Assembly (NCBI GenBank): GCA_038890745.1
Contig: JAWAFD010000001.1
Coordinates: 156,907 to 220,906, forward strand
Source: Candidatus Anstonellales archaeon
GTDB lineage: Archaea; Micrarchaeota; Micrarchaeia; Anstonellales; J096
Direction: 5' to 3'
Length of the DNA: 64,000 nt
Part shown: positions 1-10,176 of the stretch, piece by piece
Layout of the letters: the number at the start of each line of letters is the position of its first letter
Position numbering within the stretch: the stretch's first letter is position 1
Program-made: the position numbers and the translations under genes
Notes under the pieces: generated by a model
What the model saw: only the letters and a program-made list of their open reading frames with translations
The model's database searches: none
What the model was told of the DNA's origin: nothing

Positions 1-244
1 ATTACCCCCCGAGGGAAGAAAGTTTAGAAATGCGAAAAGGGGCTTTGGGGATGTTATCCCCAAATGAGTTTAAGAATAGCGAAGGGGGGCGAGGCGGAAT
101 AAGCGCCAGGGGGGTATTACCCCCCGAGGGAAGAAAGTTTAGAAATGCGAAAAGGGGCTTTGGGGATGTTATCCCCAAATGAGTTTAAGAATAGCGAAGG
201 GGGGCGAGGCGGAATAAGCGCCAGGGGGGTATTACCCCCCGAGG
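1..244. repeat. 115-bp tandem repeat (2 full copies plus start of a third; may extend beyond window start) immediately 3' of tRNA-Arg(GCG)
   Basis: ATTACCCCCCGAGG recurs at 1, 116 and 231 with identical intervening sequence. Internal hairpins: GGGGGGTATTACCCCCC and TTTGGGGATGTTATCCCCAAA. Confidence 0.95.
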
Positions 245-248
245 CTTA

Positions 249-322
249 TGCCCCTGCCGAGATTTGAACTCGGATTTCAGCCTCCGCAGGGCCGCGTTCT
301 ATCCAGGTTAAACTACAGGGGC
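249..322 (-). tRNA. tRNA-Arg(GCG)
   Basis: Reverse complement reads GCCCCTG...CGGCC CTGCGGA GGCTG...CCGAG TTCAAAT CTCGG CAGGGGC A. Cloverleaf, no encoded CCA. Confidence 0.93.
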
Positions 323-381
323 GTAGTAGAAATTTTGCATTGCAACAGATTTAAAAAATGTTGTACAAAAATGTAAGAGCC

Positions 382-531
382 ATGAAAACCTGTATTACCT
401 GCGGAAGTCTTGTGAAGGATTATGTAGAATTTCCCTGCCCGAAATGTGGAGAAAAAATTGTGCGGTGCAATCATTGCAGAGAGATAAGTAATATCTATGT
501 ATGTAAAAAATGCGGGTTTGAAGGACCTTAG
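382..531 (+). CDS. small zinc-ribbon protein (DUF1610/HVO_2753-like); not in ORF track
   Basis: Manual translation MKTCITCG...FPCPKCG...RCNHCR...YVCKKCGFEGP; typical position upstream of aEF-1beta. Confidence 0.88.
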   Translation: MKTCITCGSLVKDYVEFPCPKCGEKIVRCNHCREISNIYVCKKCGFEGP

Positions 532-540
532 GTGAAGTCT

Positions 541-789
541 ATGGGAGAGGTTGCTGTTACTGTGAAAATATTTCTGGAAGATGTTGAGAAGTTAGAAGAG
601 ATAAAAAAAGCAGTGGAAAAAATTGTAAAGGTAGCAAAGAGCGAAAGCGAAGATATAGGGTTCGGGCTTAAGGCACTAAAAATTGTTTTTGTTATGGATG
701 ATGCCGGCGGAGTTGATGAGATAGAACAGAAGCTTTCCTCTATTCCCGGGGTTTCTCAGGTTCAGATTGAGGACGTGAGGAGGATATAA
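541..789 (+). CDS. ef1b: translation elongation factor aEF-1beta
   Basis: MGEVAVTVKI...EDIGFGLKAL motif, ~82 aa. Confidence 0.9.
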   Translation: MGEVAVTVKIFLEDVEKLEEIKKAVEKIVKVAKSESEDIGFGLKALKIVFVMDDAGGVDEIEQKLSSIPGVSQVQIEDVRRI

Positions 790-2323
790 GTTTTCTTATT
801 CTCTCCAACCCAAAAACCCTTAAAACAAGCACGAGTATGATCAGCCCTGCGGCCAAGAAAACAAGCACAAGCGGCGAGCCCTCAACGTCAACATAGATTT
901 TCTTTTCTTCAAACCCATCCTTTTTGAAAACTATCTCAACCCTCCCAGCATTTCTCATGGTTAGGACAGCATTGCCATCCTTTTTGTACTGCAGTCCCCC
1001 CATCTCAACTATGTAATCTCTTACAGGATTTCCTTCCTCATCCGTAACGGTGAAAGTTACTTTTTGCCCTTCTTTTATTTTTTCAGGATAGGAAACAATG
1101 AATTTTCCCTTAGGCATATCAGGGCTTCTTAAAAATTTCTTATAAGTGAATGGAGGGTTCTCTTCTCCAGAGCTGTCTAGTATTTTGCACTCGACCAGAA
1201 TCTCTCCAAAATTGTACTTATTTGGGTCAAGCCAGAAGTTCCATTCCTCCCCTCCTTCAGCACTCTCCCACCCACCATTATTAACTCTTATAAATACACT
1301 TATCTCTCCTTTTCCATGCGCATTTCCTTCTATCTTTACATCCTTGTACCCGAAAACCTCTGTTTCAGGTGTTTTGATTGAGCATCCCCTAAGAGGGTTT
1401 GAAGCGTATATCTTGCTTTCGGTTGAAACTACCGCCGGATTATTCCCTGCTTTTCCAGTTATGCTTTCTTTTGGTGTGAATTCCACTAAAATTTTCCCTC
1501 TTTGAGCGTCGACAACATGGATGGCATTCCTCCCAAAAAAAAGAACATAAACATTATTCCCCTCAACAATAACATCCGGCTTGTAAAAATAGCTTTCATC
1601 CATATCTATCTTCCAAAGCGTTTTTCCATTCATCATATCAACAATATACCCTGCGCTTCCGGTTCCAACGCAAACTATGTTTCCGTATGCTTTTGGAGAG
1701 TAAACCCAATCGTTGAACTCTTTTTTCCACATCATCTTTCCTTCGCTTGTGAATGCATAAAGATTTCCGAAACTGTTTGCGTACACCATCCCCCCTTTTA
1801 TTTCAGGAATGGATTTCCACCACTTCCCTATTTCTCTTCTAAATCTCAAGTTTCCGGCATCTCCGTAAACAACGAGTTCGTTTCCTGAATAATATGCAAC
1901 CATCCCTTCTCCATAAACCGGAGGAGATTTTGTTGAATTTTCGCTTACATTCCATATACTCCTTCCATCATAATCAAATGCGTAAACCCCTGTATCCGAT
2001 GTAACAAAAAACCTATTGCTTGCAACGGCCATGCCGGTTAGATTGCTCATATTTTTCTCCCATTTTACATTTCCGCTTCCGTCCAAATAATATATCTTAT
2101 CCTTTGTCACTACAACAAAATTCTGTGCACCCGCGATAGCAATGCTTTTAATATTTTTTTCAAAAACAACCGCGCCCGTTTCTTTTTCTAAAACCATCGT
2201 TTTCTCTCCCGTAACCCCGACCTTTGTTCCAAGGTCAAAAAGCTCCCCGCCTCCACTCACGCTCCAGTATGCTACAGAATAAAAAACAGAGAAAAAAAGA
2301 AATAGAAGAAAGATTTTTTTCAT
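740..2323 (-). CDS. secreted/membrane-anchored PQQ-like beta-propeller protein with Ig-like C-terminal domains
   Basis: Signal peptide MKKIFLLFLFF, repeated 'G..kW' blades, C-terminal TM helix. Confidence 0.7.
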   Translation of the reverse strand: MKKIFLLFLFFSVFYSVAYWSVSGGGELFDLGTKVGVTGEKTMVLEKETGAVVFEKNIKSIAIAGAQNFVVVTKDKIYYLDGSGNVKWEKNMSNLTGMAVASNRFFVTSDTGVYAFDYDGRSIWNVSENSTKSPPVYGEGMVAYYSGNELVVYGDAGNLRFRREIGKWWKSIPEIKGGMVYANSFGNLYAFTSEGKMMWKKEFNDWVYSPKAYGNIVCVGTGSAGYIVDMMNGKTLWKIDMDESYFYKPDVIVEGNNVYVLFFGRNAIHVVDAQRGKILVEFTPKESITGKAGNNPAVVSTESKIYASNPLRGCSIKTPETEVFGYKDVKIEGNAHGKGEISVFIRVNNGGWESAEGGEEWNFWLDPNKYNFGEILVECKILDSSGEENPPFTYKKFLRSPDMPKGKFIVSYPEKIKEGQKVTFTVTDEEGNPVRDYIVEMGGLQYKKDGNAVLTMRNAGRVEIVFKKDGFEEKKIYVDVEGSPLVLVFLAAGLIILVLVLRVFGLERIRKLISSSRPQSEPEKPRE

Positions 2324-2327
2324 ATGC

Positions 2328-2807
2328 TCACTTGAAAAGGGAATCATGCTTCCCTTCGTTTATTTCCTTTACGATTTCTTTTGCATTCTTTCCATTCACA
2401 GTAATCCCCATGCTCACGCAACTTCCCAAAACCTCCTTAACAGTATCCTTCAAACTCTTTGAAAGATTTTTTCCCCTTACGCTTTTTGCAATCTTCACGA
2501 CACTTTCAATGGTGATGTTTCCCTTTGCCTCCTTACCGGCTGTTCCACTCCCCTTCTCTACCCCGGCCTCTTTTTTAAGAAGCTCGGAAACAGGTGGGGA
2601 ACCAACCTCTATTTTAAAGGTTTTTGTTTTCGGGTCTACGATTATCTTAACAGGAACCTTTGTTCCAGCGAATGCAGCCGTCTGCTTGTTTATCTCAGCG
2701 ACAACCATACCCGCGTTTATCCCCAACGGTCCAAGTGCAGGCCCTATAGGTGGCCCCGCTGTTGCCTTTCCCCCTTCAACTATCGCGTTTATTATTTTTT
2801 CTGCCAT
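2328..2807 (-). CDS. rpl11: 50S ribosomal protein uL11
   Basis: GGKATAGPPIGPALGPLG and GSCVSMG motifs. Confidence 0.97.
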   Translation of the reverse strand: MAEKIINAIVEGGKATAGPPIGPALGPLGINAGMVVAEINKQTAAFAGTKVPVKIIVDPKTKTFKIEVGSPPVSELLKKEAGVEKGSGTAGKEAKGNITIESVVKIAKSVRGKNLSKSLKDTVKEVLGSCVSMGITVNGKNAKEIVKEINEGKHDSLFK

Positions 2808-2842
2808 AAGAATCACTTTGATTATTATATTTCATAAGTATT

Positions 2843-4603
2843 TTAACTTTTGCCTTTTTTTCTTATTATTTCCATTACTTCCTCTGCCTCCACCCTGGTC
2901 CTGTATTTCTGCATTATTTTTTTCAGGTCCCATCCTTCCTCCTCCACTACCCTCTCAAGCTCCTTTCCGCTTATTCTCCCCATCCTTTCAACTACCTCTT
3001 TTTCGCTCTTTCCGTTCGCAAACATTCTCAGCGCTTCTTCAATTCCGTTTTTTGCTAGTTTCTTTTCACCATACATCAGCAAAACTTTTTCTACCATTTT
3101 TTCATCAATCTTAAGCCCCTCTCTTCTAAGCGCTCTCCATCTGTCCTCTATTACGCTTGCAGCAACCTTCGCATCCACTCCTTTTCCAACGAGGCGCTCG
3201 AACAATCCATAGCACTTGCTTCTCAACATTTTCTCAGTCAAATCCCTTCCAAGCATATTTTCCAACCAAGCGCGCTTTTCCTCCAACCCCATTCCCATAC
3301 CCTTTCTAATCCCATCAATCCTTTCCTTTGTTATTCTCACAACAGGTATATCTGTTTCAGGATACATCCTCGCCTTTCCCGGAAGCGGGCGCATGTATGC
3401 AGTTGTTCCATTGGGAAGAGCCTTTCTCGTCTCACCCGGAACAAAATCCATTTTTGCCCTTTCAAAAACAAACCCGAGCGCCCTTTTTGCTGTTTCTGCG
3501 CTCGCAACAACAATCGCAAATCCATCCTCCTTTCCACATCCCAGCGCATTCGCAATTTCATCCACATTTTCAATTCCGTATTTTTCCAGATTTTCATCTG
3601 AATGTACTATTCCCTTCACACCTGCTTTTTTTGCATAATCGCTGAGCTCGCTTCCGTACCTTCTATTCTCACCAAGCTCTACCCCAAGCATTCCTTTATG
3701 TCCGTTGAGTTTTAAACCTAAAATTTTTTCGCCTTTTTCAACCGCATTTTTTATGAAACCGCCCCTCAATTTCACTACTCCAGTAATATCTTTTGGTTCG
3801 AATTTTAATTTTTCAAAAGCATTTTTTTCTTTTAATTTTTTTATTATCTCAATTATTTTTCTCTGCCTCTCAGCTTCGTTTTCTATCCACTTAGGAAGCA
3901 TGTTCAGTTCCTGCGCACCTTTTATCTCAACCCTTGCCCCACCCTCTATGCTCACGTTCAAATCCTGCCTTATTGTTCCTATCCCTCTCATAACCTTTCC
4001 TGTTGCCCTGAGCATCAGCCCTATTTTTTCAGCGACCTCCTTTGCATGCTCCGGGTCCTTTATATCCGGCGCGGTTGCAATCTCAATAAGCGGAATACCC
4101 AACCGATCCAATCTAAAAGAGTTTTCGCTTACTATCCCTGCACTCTCCTCTTCCAAACAAAGTGTTTCTATCCCAACCTCTCCCTTAGATGTTTCCATCC
4201 TGCCGTCCACCGCGATTATCGCGGTCCTCTGAAAGCCAGCGGTATTGCTTCCGTCTATTACAATCTTTCTCATCACGTGTACCTCATCAAAAATTTCCAT
4301 GTTCATTCTAACCGCCATCTCTATTGCAACATCCAATGCATTCTCATTTATAGAATGGGGCGGCTCTTCATCAGCCTCAACCAGGCATGATGAATCCGAG
4401 AAATAATGATACTCAAATACCCTTTCCCTTACTCCTTCCAGTAATGCCGCTTTATCTATTTCTCCAACCTCTGAATACACAACATGCAGATTTCTTTTCA
4501 ATATCGCATCCGGCTTTTTATCCCCCTCTTCATAAAGCGAAGGGCAGTTGCAGAAAAGTTTTTTTGTCGCAAGCCGCTGATGGATCTCTATTCCTATTTT
4601 CAT
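2843..4603 (-). CDS. gatE: Glu-tRNA(Gln) amidotransferase subunit E
   Basis: KIGIEIHQRL, IDGSNTAGFQRT, RPLPGKARMYPETD. Confidence 0.96.
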   Translation of the reverse strand: MKIGIEIHQRLATKKLFCNCPSLYEEGDKKPDAILKRNLHVVYSEVGEIDKAALLEGVRERVFEYHYFSDSSCLVEADEEPPHSINENALDVAIEMAVRMNMEIFDEVHVMRKIVIDGSNTAGFQRTAIIAVDGRMETSKGEVGIETLCLEEESAGIVSENSFRLDRLGIPLIEIATAPDIKDPEHAKEVAEKIGLMLRATGKVMRGIGTIRQDLNVSIEGGARVEIKGAQELNMLPKWIENEAERQRKIIEIIKKLKEKNAFEKLKFEPKDITGVVKLRGGFIKNAVEKGEKILGLKLNGHKGMLGVELGENRRYGSELSDYAKKAGVKGIVHSDENLEKYGIENVDEIANALGCGKEDGFAIVVASAETAKRALGFVFERAKMDFVPGETRKALPNGTTAYMRPLPGKARMYPETDIPVVRITKERIDGIRKGMGMGLEEKRAWLENMLGRDLTEKMLRSKCYGLFERLVGKGVDAKVAASVIEDRWRALRREGLKIDEKMVEKVLLMYGEKKLAKNGIEEALRMFANGKSEKEVVERMGRISGKELERVVEEEGWDLKKIMQKYRTRVEAEEVMEIIRKKGKS

Positions 4604-4656
4604 GCATTCCATTCTATGCTTAGATTTAAAAATGGTTGTCGCCATAGAAATAAAAC

Positions 4657-5628
4657 ATGGCAAATCATGTTGCTTTTAACGAATACTCAATCGCGCCGCT
4701 CAAGAGAGTGGAGAATGCTGTGCGAAGGATAGTCCGTGAGGTCGGCCCTTTTTCTTTTGATGTAAGGTTTATGGGCCGGGAAGGAAGAGAAATAAAAAAA
4801 GCGCTCGGAAGGTACGAGGTTCAGTGCGAGGAGCTTTGCAAGGAAGGGGTCGCGCACAATGTTCTTAACTATGTTTGGCGAAAATACCGCTCCGCTCACG
4901 AAGAGGATATCTACCTTTTTTTGCTTGAAACATACGAAAAAAGAGATCTTCTGGGCATCTCAATAATTCTTAATGAGGATGGAACGATTACAATAAACGA
5001 TAAGAAAGTTGGAAGCGTGCAGAGGGCAGCTAGGCAAAAAACACACGTGATTAGTTGGGAGGAAAGGGATTTTGCAGAAAACCAATTCATCATCGCTATG
5101 CTTGAGGATATAATACAAAATATTTCTACTTCTACCTGCCCATTCTATCTTGAAAAGCTTAAAGAAGCCCATGAGAGACTAAAAAGAAAGATAGACCCGA
5201 ACAAGGTTGAGGCAAGGGAATTTATAGAAGGGGGCTTGGAGCTTATTGAAAAAAGAAGAAACTGGCCCGCAGCGCTTTTCAAGCTTCGGGCTGCTGCTGA
5301 TCGCTTGGAAAGGAGAGAAAAAATAATCGAAGGAAAAATTCTTCCTAAAGCAGAGAGGGAGAGAAGGGCTTTGCTGCTTTTTCTTTCAAGTTCCATGAAT
5401 GCGGATTACCTTGCCCTGAAAGCGATTGAATTAAAAGAAATTGAAAATTTCCAAAATGCAAGAGACGCGCTTCTAAAAATAGGTGGCGATTATGCTGAGA
5501 ATGTTTGCAAAATTTTTTCAAGAATAATAGAGTTAAAAGAGTATGGGGATAACCAGATGGCTGAGATTCTGATGGGCGAAGCAAAAAATGTTGTTTCCGC
5601 TCATCTGGACCTTCTTCTTAAAGAATAA
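4657..5628 (+). CDS. hypothetical protein (helical)
   Basis: 323-aa ORF with host-like composition; no recognised motif. Confidence 0.6.
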   Translation: MANHVAFNEYSIAPLKRVENAVRRIVREVGPFSFDVRFMGREGREIKKALGRYEVQCEELCKEGVAHNVLNYVWRKYRSAHEEDIYLFLLETYEKRDLLGISIILNEDGTITINDKKVGSVQRAARQKTHVISWEERDFAENQFIIAMLEDIIQNISTSTCPFYLEKLKEAHERLKRKIDPNKVEAREFIEGGLELIEKRRNWPAALFKLRAAADRLERREKIIEGKILPKAERERRALLLFLSSSMNADYLALKAIELKEIENFQNARDALLKIGGDYAENVCKIFSRIIELKEYGDNQMAEILMGEAKNVVSAHLDLLLKE

Positions 5629-6862
5629 GCTTTTCAACCTTTTTTGCGAGCTCTTCGCATTTGCTTTTTTCTTTTGCTTCAACCGTTAATCTTACAACCG
5701 GCTCTGTTCCGCTGGGCCTTACCAAAACCCAATAATCCTCTCCATCTATTCTTATCCCATCAGTTTCGCTTCTTTTTCCTTCAACATCCATCTCATTTTT
5801 TACTCTCTCCATCACCGCTTCTTTATTCTCAACTTTAAATTTTTTTCTTACGATCGGGTAATGTTTAAATCTTTTCATTCTTTTCCAAAGTTTTTCTCTC
5901 TTATCCATGTTAAGCAAAAAAACAGTTGCGAAGATTCCATCCGGGCAAAGGGAGATCTCTGGGAATATAAATTCACCGGCAGGCTCGCCTCCAAACAAAG
6001 CATTCTTCTCCATCACCCTCTCCCCAACATAAGCACTTCCCACATTTGTTATCTCTATTTTTCCACCCATCCTCTCAACCGCTTCCCGTACGCACAAACC
6101 AGCCTCAACGGTTGTAACAATTATTCCTTTTTTGTCTCTCAAAACCTCCTCAACAATCATCCCAAGAAGAATATCGCCAGGAATTATTTTTCCATCATAA
6201 AAAACCATTACCCTGTCCCCATCCCCATCATGCGCGAAAAATATTTTTTTTCCGAATGCTTTTAGGTATTTTAGGTTTTCCTCATTTGGCTCAGGGTTTC
6301 TGTTAAACCCGCCGAAGCAGTTTGCTCCAAATACCCTCACGCCCATCATAGAAAGAATTCTTGGAGTGAGGAGGGATGCAACACCATTCCCATCCACCCC
6401 AACTACTCCATCATATTTTTTTGCTTTACTCAAAACAAAATCAAAGTACTCATGCGCATCCATTCTGAAAAACCTGCCATTTTTTTTCTTAACTTTTTTG
6501 TTCAAAAATTCATTTGCTTTTTCTTTTGTGAGCTCCATTCCATCTTCAAAAATTTTTATTCCATTATACTCTGGAGGGTTGTGGCTTGCAGTGATCATTA
6601 TCCCCTTTGTCTTGTTTTTTCGTGAATAAAAAGAAACAACAGGTGTTGGTACAAAGCCCAAGGAGTAAACATCCGCGCCGGCGGAAAGAGCGCCAGAAAC
6701 CGCAGCCCGGTGGAGTATTGGACTTGACTCTCTTCTGTCCATTCCGATGAATACCTTTGTTTTCTCATCTGCAAAAGCATTCGCAACTTGAAAAACAAAA
6801 TCCTGCGTTATTTCTTTTCCGTATATCCCTCTTGCCCCCGAAGTTCCAAAGAACAAAGGCAT
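5618..6862 (-). CDS. phosphohexomutase (phosphoglucosamine/phosphomannomutase family)
   Basis: FGTSGARG, ITASHNP, DGDGDR, RPSGTEP. Confidence 0.93.
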   Translation of the reverse strand: MPLFFGTSGARGIYGKEITQDFVFQVANAFADEKTKVFIGMDRRESSPILHRAAVSGALSAGADVYSLGFVPTPVVSFYSRKNKTKGIMITASHNPPEYNGIKIFEDGMELTKEKANEFLNKKVKKKNGRFFRMDAHEYFDFVLSKAKKYDGVVGVDGNGVASLLTPRILSMMGVRVFGANCFGGFNRNPEPNEENLKYLKAFGKKIFFAHDGDGDRVMVFYDGKIIPGDILLGMIVEEVLRDKKGIIVTTVEAGLCVREAVERMGGKIEITNVGSAYVGERVMEKNALFGGEPAGEFIFPEISLCPDGIFATVFLLNMDKREKLWKRMKRFKHYPIVRKKFKVENKEAVMERVKNEMDVEGKRSETDGIRIDGEDYWVLVRPSGTEPVVRLTVEAKEKSKCEELAKKVEKLIL

Positions 6863-6928
6863 GTTTTTAAAGAAGAGGGAAAACATTTAAATACAATTTG
6901 TTTAAAAAGAAAGAAAGAGGGAGCAATT

Positions 6929-7525
6929 ATGTATAGGCTTATTACCGCAGAGGATAGGGTTAGGGTTTCTCCGCAGATGCTCATAATGGATAGGGAAGAG
7001 GCTGTTAAAAAAGTCCTTAAGGAAAAATATGAAGGAAAGATTAACAAGGATGTTGGCTTGATTTTGGAGATAACAAAAGCAAAACCGAAAGCTAGTGGCC
7101 TGGTTTTTCCCGGAGATCCATACATCTACCATGAGGTTGAGTTTGAGGCTATTGCGTTTACTTTGGAGGTGAATGAGGTTTTCCGCGGGATAGTAAGGGA
7201 AGTAATGGACTTCGGTGCTTTTGTTTCCATAGGACCGTTTGAAGGGTTGCTACACATCTCGCAGATAGGGAAGGAAAGATTTTCATATGATAAGAAAAGC
7301 AAAGTACTCTCCTCTTCTGATAAAAAGAAGTCTGTTAAGAAAGGGGATGAACTTATAGTTAAGGTTTCAACAGCCAGCCTTAAGCCATCCCCGCAGGATA
7401 CTAAAATAGGATTAACCATGAGAGCGGAGGGGCTGGGAAGCGAGGCTTGGATAGAAGCAGAGAAGAAAAAAGAAAAAACAAAGAAAAAGGAGGAGAAGAA
7501 AGAAGAAAAGGAGGGTAAAAAATGA
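6929..7525 (+). CDS. rpo7: RNA polymerase subunit Rpo7 (RpoE')
   Basis: S1 domain FGAFVSIGPFEGLLHISQI; KIGLTMR. Confidence 0.95.
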   Translation: MYRLITAEDRVRVSPQMLIMDREEAVKKVLKEKYEGKINKDVGLILEITKAKPKASGLVFPGDPYIYHEVEFEAIAFTLEVNEVFRGIVREVMDFGAFVSIGPFEGLLHISQIGKERFSYDKKSKVLSSSDKKKSVKKGDELIVKVSTASLKPSPQDTKIGLTMRAEGLGSEAWIEAEKKKEKTKKKEEKKEEKEGKK

Positions 7526-7704
7526 AGGCATGCAGAAACTGCAACTATATTATAGAGGAAGGGAAGAAATGTCCGGTATGCCAGGGTGAAGACCTTACAG
7601 ATAATTTCTCGGGCTTCATATACATTCTTGATGTTGAAAAAAGCGAGGTTGCAAAGATGCTTGAGATAAAAACACCCGGAAAGTATGCAGTTAATGTTAA
7701 ATGA
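7522..7704 (+). CDS. spt4: transcription elongation factor Spt4 (RpoE'')
   Basis: KACRNC...CPVC...SEVAKMLEIKTPGKYAV. Confidence 0.95.
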   Translation: MKACRNCNYIIEEGKKCPVCQGEDLTDNFSGFIYILDVEKSEVAKMLEIKTPGKYAVNVK

Positions 7705-7724
7705 TGTAAGCAATATAAATTTTT

Positions 7725-8369
7725 ATGAGATTTATAAGAGGCGAGCCGGCGCTTGTTTTCTATGATGCGCTTGTCGTTGCGGATGCGCATTTTGGAATAG
7801 AGGAGAAATATCTCAAAAAAAGAGAGCATTCATTTTCCTGGGGACTTGCGGAAAAACTATGCGCGCTTGCAAAAAAGCACAAAAAGAAAAAAATATTTAT
7901 TCTCGGTGATGTTAAGGACAGCATTCCCTCAACCCCACAATTCGTAGCGGATATTCTTAGGTTTATCTCTAATGATTTTGAGGTTTGGATTGCGAAAGGA
8001 AACCACGACGGCGGCTTGCAAAAACTAAAAATAAAAAATTTAAAGATCTTTCCAAAAGGGTTTATCTACAAAAATGCTGCATTCTTCCATGGCCATGCGA
8101 TCCCTCCGAAAAATTTTTTACATCAGCCTCTTGTCTTTATGTCGCATGGTCATCTAGAATACAACGGAGAGAAGGTATGGCTTGTTTCAGAAATGGGAAA
8201 GAAAAAGATCATCGTTGTTCCATCGTTCAATCCGATTGTTGGCAGAAATATACAATTTCCATTCGGACCTTTGTTTAGGAATAAGATATTTAAATGGTTG
8301 CCCTCAAAACTATACACTCTGAATGGTGTTTTGATTGGAAGGGTTGAAAATATTGTAAATAAAGTCTAA
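7725..8369 (+). CDS. calcineurin-like metallophosphoesterase
   Basis: DAHFG, GD, GNHD, HGH motifs. Confidence 0.88.
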   Translation: MRFIRGEPALVFYDALVVADAHFGIEEKYLKKREHSFSWGLAEKLCALAKKHKKKKIFILGDVKDSIPSTPQFVADILRFISNDFEVWIAKGNHDGGLQKLKIKNLKIFPKGFIYKNAAFFHGHAIPPKNFLHQPLVFMSHGHLEYNGEKVWLVSEMGKKKIIVVPSFNPIVGRNIQFPFGPLFRNKIFKWLPSKLYTLNGVLIGRVENIVNKV

Positions 8370-8374
8370 GGGGG

Positions 8375-8623
8375 ATGAGGATGGGTAGAGGAAGAGAGCC
8401 TTTGGTAAGGTGTGACGCATGCGGAAGAAGAATCCCGCGGGACAAATCTGTTGAATACGTAAAAGGAATGAGCTTTGATACTGGTGATCAGAAGGATATT
8501 GTGATAGACCTAACCGCGAGGAAGGTTTATTACTGTATAAGCTGCGGCAAGCATAGAGGCATATTCCAGAAAAAAAAGGAGCGGGCTGAGCAAATAAGAA
8601 AAAGGAGGGAGGAGGGATTATGA
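8375..8623 (+). CDS. rps26e: 30S ribosomal protein eS26
   Basis: GRGREPLVRCDACGRRIPRDK...YCISC. Confidence 0.9.
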   Translation: MRMGRGREPLVRCDACGRRIPRDKSVEYVKGMSFDTGDQKDIVIDLTARKVYYCISCGKHRGIFQKKKERAEQIRKRREEGL

Positions 8624-8913
8624 AAGCGCATGCAAATGGAAAAACAATTTCGTATTTTACCGAAAACCTCGGCAACCTTCCTTTGATCGTAATAAAAGCA
8701 AAGAGGGGGTATATTGCATGCTCTTACATAAGCAAGGAAACTGCGGAGAAGGTTGGGGATGTTGCGGTGTTTGTTTCCGGGGTTAAAAGTATTGATGATA
8801 TGATGAATGCAAAGATAAGGGACGTTACGAGCTGGGCAGAGGACCTCGGACTCAGGCCAGGCATGAGCGTTAAGAAAGCGCTGGAGATTCTTGATGGAGA
8901 AGAGGGAGACTGA
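8620..8913 (+). CDS. YunC/DUF1805 family protein
   Basis: GYIACSYI...VSGVKSIDDMMNAKI...AEDLGLRPGM. Confidence 0.8.
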   Translation: MKAHANGKTISYFTENLGNLPLIVIKAKRGYIACSYISKETAEKVGDVAVFVSGVKSIDDMMNAKIRDVTSWAEDLGLRPGMSVKKALEILDGEEGD

Positions 8914-8916
8914 TCT

Positions 8917-10110
8917 TTACCCAAGTCCGATGCTTTTTTCAACTATCCTTATTACATCCTCAGCATTATGACCTATTTTTATCAACCTCGTCCTTCCCCT
9001 AATCCCTTTCCCGCTGAACATCGTTGAAATCAGACCTAGAATTTCCAATTCGTTTAGGTACTCCCTATACCACCGGACACTCTTCGGCTTCTTTCCTATC
9101 TTTCTTGCTATTTTTACGTAGCTATTATACACATCTCCTGAAAAAAGGTAGCCGTCAAGCTCAGGGTCAAGGAACTTTGTTGTTGTTGAGAGTTTTGCTA
9201 TTGCATAAAGGACAAGCTGCTGGTTTATCGGAAGGGTTGTGATTGCTTCTGATGCAATGTCATACTCTACGCGCTTTCTCGCCTCTTCAACATCGCTTTC
9301 TTCAACCACTTCCTTCCCGGCGTTCTCTGCAATCTCACCGGCCTTTTCAAGAAGCTTGAGCGCATGCCTTGCATCGCCGGTTTCATGCGCAGCGATGGCG
9401 GCTATGAGGTTTATCGCACCTTGGCTTACGGAGTTTTTCTTGAACCCCGCAGCCACCCTCTGCTCCAGTATGGATTTCAACTGTGGCGCTTCATAAGGTG
9501 GAAATACAATCTCGGTTTCATAAAGGCTACTCTTGCTTCTTGGGTCAAGCTCGCTTTTGAATGAAAGCTTGTTTGAGATCCCAACAACCGTTACCCCCCC
9601 TTTTTTTTCTTTCAATTCATCATTTGCTCTTGTGATCGTGTACACTAAGTCATCAAGGTCTTTTACCATATCTATTTCATCTAAAACAACTACCAACTGC
9701 ATCCCTGAGTTCAGAAGCTCTATTAATTTTTCGTATATGAATGTAAGACCGAACCCTGTTTTTTCAAGCTCAGGCACGAAAAATTTCATTATTTTGTTCA
9801 TCACCCTGTATCTGGAGTTATACACCCGGCAGTTTATGTACAGCATTTTTGCGTTCAGTTTTTTCTCTTCAGCAAATTTGTTGAACTTATCAAGCACAAG
9901 CTTTATGCTGCATGTTTTTCCGGTCCCGGTTTTTCCGTATATGAATAGATTCTTTGGCTTCTGGTATTGGAGCGCAGGAGAGAGAACCTGCATTATCTGC
10001 TCCATATACTCTTCTCTAAAAGGAAGAAACGCTGGTATGTAGTGAGGAGATAAAACATTCTTGTTGACGAACAATGTGCTCCTGCTTAGTATATCCTCAA
10101 AATTAGCCAT
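8917..10110 (-). CDS. cdc6: Orc1/Cdc6 replication initiator
   Basis: Walker A GKTGTGKT, Walker B VVLDEID, GDARHAL, C-terminal wHTH. Confidence 0.95.
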   Translation of the reverse strand: MANFEDILSRSTLFVNKNVLSPHYIPAFLPFREEYMEQIMQVLSPALQYQKPKNLFIYGKTGTGKTCSIKLVLDKFNKFAEEKKLNAKMLYINCRVYNSRYRVMNKIMKFFVPELEKTGFGLTFIYEKLIELLNSGMQLVVVLDEIDMVKDLDDLVYTITRANDELKEKKGGVTVVGISNKLSFKSELDPRSKSSLYETEIVFPPYEAPQLKSILEQRVAAGFKKNSVSQGAINLIAAIAAHETGDARHALKLLEKAGEIAENAGKEVVEESDVEEARKRVEYDIASEAITTLPINQQLVLYAIAKLSTTTKFLDPELDGYLFSGDVYNSYVKIARKIGKKPKSVRWYREYLNELEILGLISTMFSGKGIRGRTRLIKIGHNAEDVIRIVEKSIGLG

Positions 10111-10176
10111 GCTCCTTTTAATTATCAGAAAGTTTTATTAATTGTTTGGTGGAATTCCCCTATTGAGGTGGCAGTA

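Noticed and set aside
2224..4232. Long antisense ORFs opposite rpl11/gatE, and similar shadows elsewhere
   Set aside because: These F/S/L-rich antisense frames arise from purine-rich coding strands and have no motifs.
10111..10176. Replication origin next to cdc6
   Set aside because: The intergenic gap is only ~65 bp, with no repeated full ORB or extended unwinding element.
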